Below, in pieces: positions 48,578 through 48,781 of a stretch of 48,781 nt of DNA. Position 1 is the first letter of the stretch; the number at the start of each line of letters is the position of its first letter. The DNA lies in NCBI GenBank assembly GCA_044892505.1, contig CM097882.1, forward strand, positions 513,127,220 to 513,176,000, in the 5' to 3' direction. Position numbers and translations under genes: made by a program. Below the pieces are notes generated by a model, which saw only the letters and a program-made list of their open reading frames with translations, did not search any database and had not been told where the DNA came from. Source of the stretch: Schmidtea nova (Eukaryota).

Positions 48578-48781
48578 TGTTGGGGTTTAGCAAAAATTAG
48601 TAAAATACAAAAATAAAAATCATTAAAACTTTGTAAAAATCAATAAAGTATAAAATTTTCAAAATTAATTAAAATTTATGAAAAATTCGAAAACAGAGAA
48701 TTAGTGGAGGAAATCGGTATGGGTGGATGCCGAATATTGAAACGAATCCAAAAATAATAAAACAAAGTGAATGGGGTTCCC
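48578..48781 (+). mobile_element. LTR family L1, third copy (cut by window end)
   Basis: ATAT|TGTTGGGGTTTAG start and the shared ggaaatcggtatgggtggatgccgaa block. Confidence 0.7.

Noticed and set aside
1-48781. Prokaryotic operon or defence system
   Set aside because: Spliceosomal exons, eukaryotic TE superfamilies and microsatellites throughout; no operon structure.

Overview
AT-rich animal genomic DNA, densely packed with transposable elements and containing three N gaps. The repertoire suggests a flatworm such as a planarian, but that is inference. The only confidently identified host gene is fuzzy (FUZ, CPLANE/planar-cell-polarity effector) on the + strand: an internal exon at 11443-11721 splices in phase 0 to the terminal exon at 47952-48380 across a ~36.2-kb intron. 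An isolated CDC23/APC8-like TPR exon lies at ~1952-2069 (-). The rest is mostly nested TE debris: two mariners (one a countable DD34D), a DD39D-like and a maT-like element, two Tc1, pogo/Tigger elements, hATs (two with both ends and TSDs), MULE fragments, MITEs, a LINE RT scrap, a Maverick-type PolB scrap and Gypsy remnants. The most notable findings are (1) two diverged copies of the same accessory cassette (env-like secreted/membrane ORF, an unknown SSWKIxKE ORF, a DEDDh 3'-5' exonuclease), one directly behind a Gypsy integrase tail, and (2) a minimal hammerhead-ribozyme motif with the compensatory U3-A8 core at the apex of an ~89-bp-arm palindrome. All protein-family calls come from motif recognition by eye and recalled consensus sequences; no database search was run.
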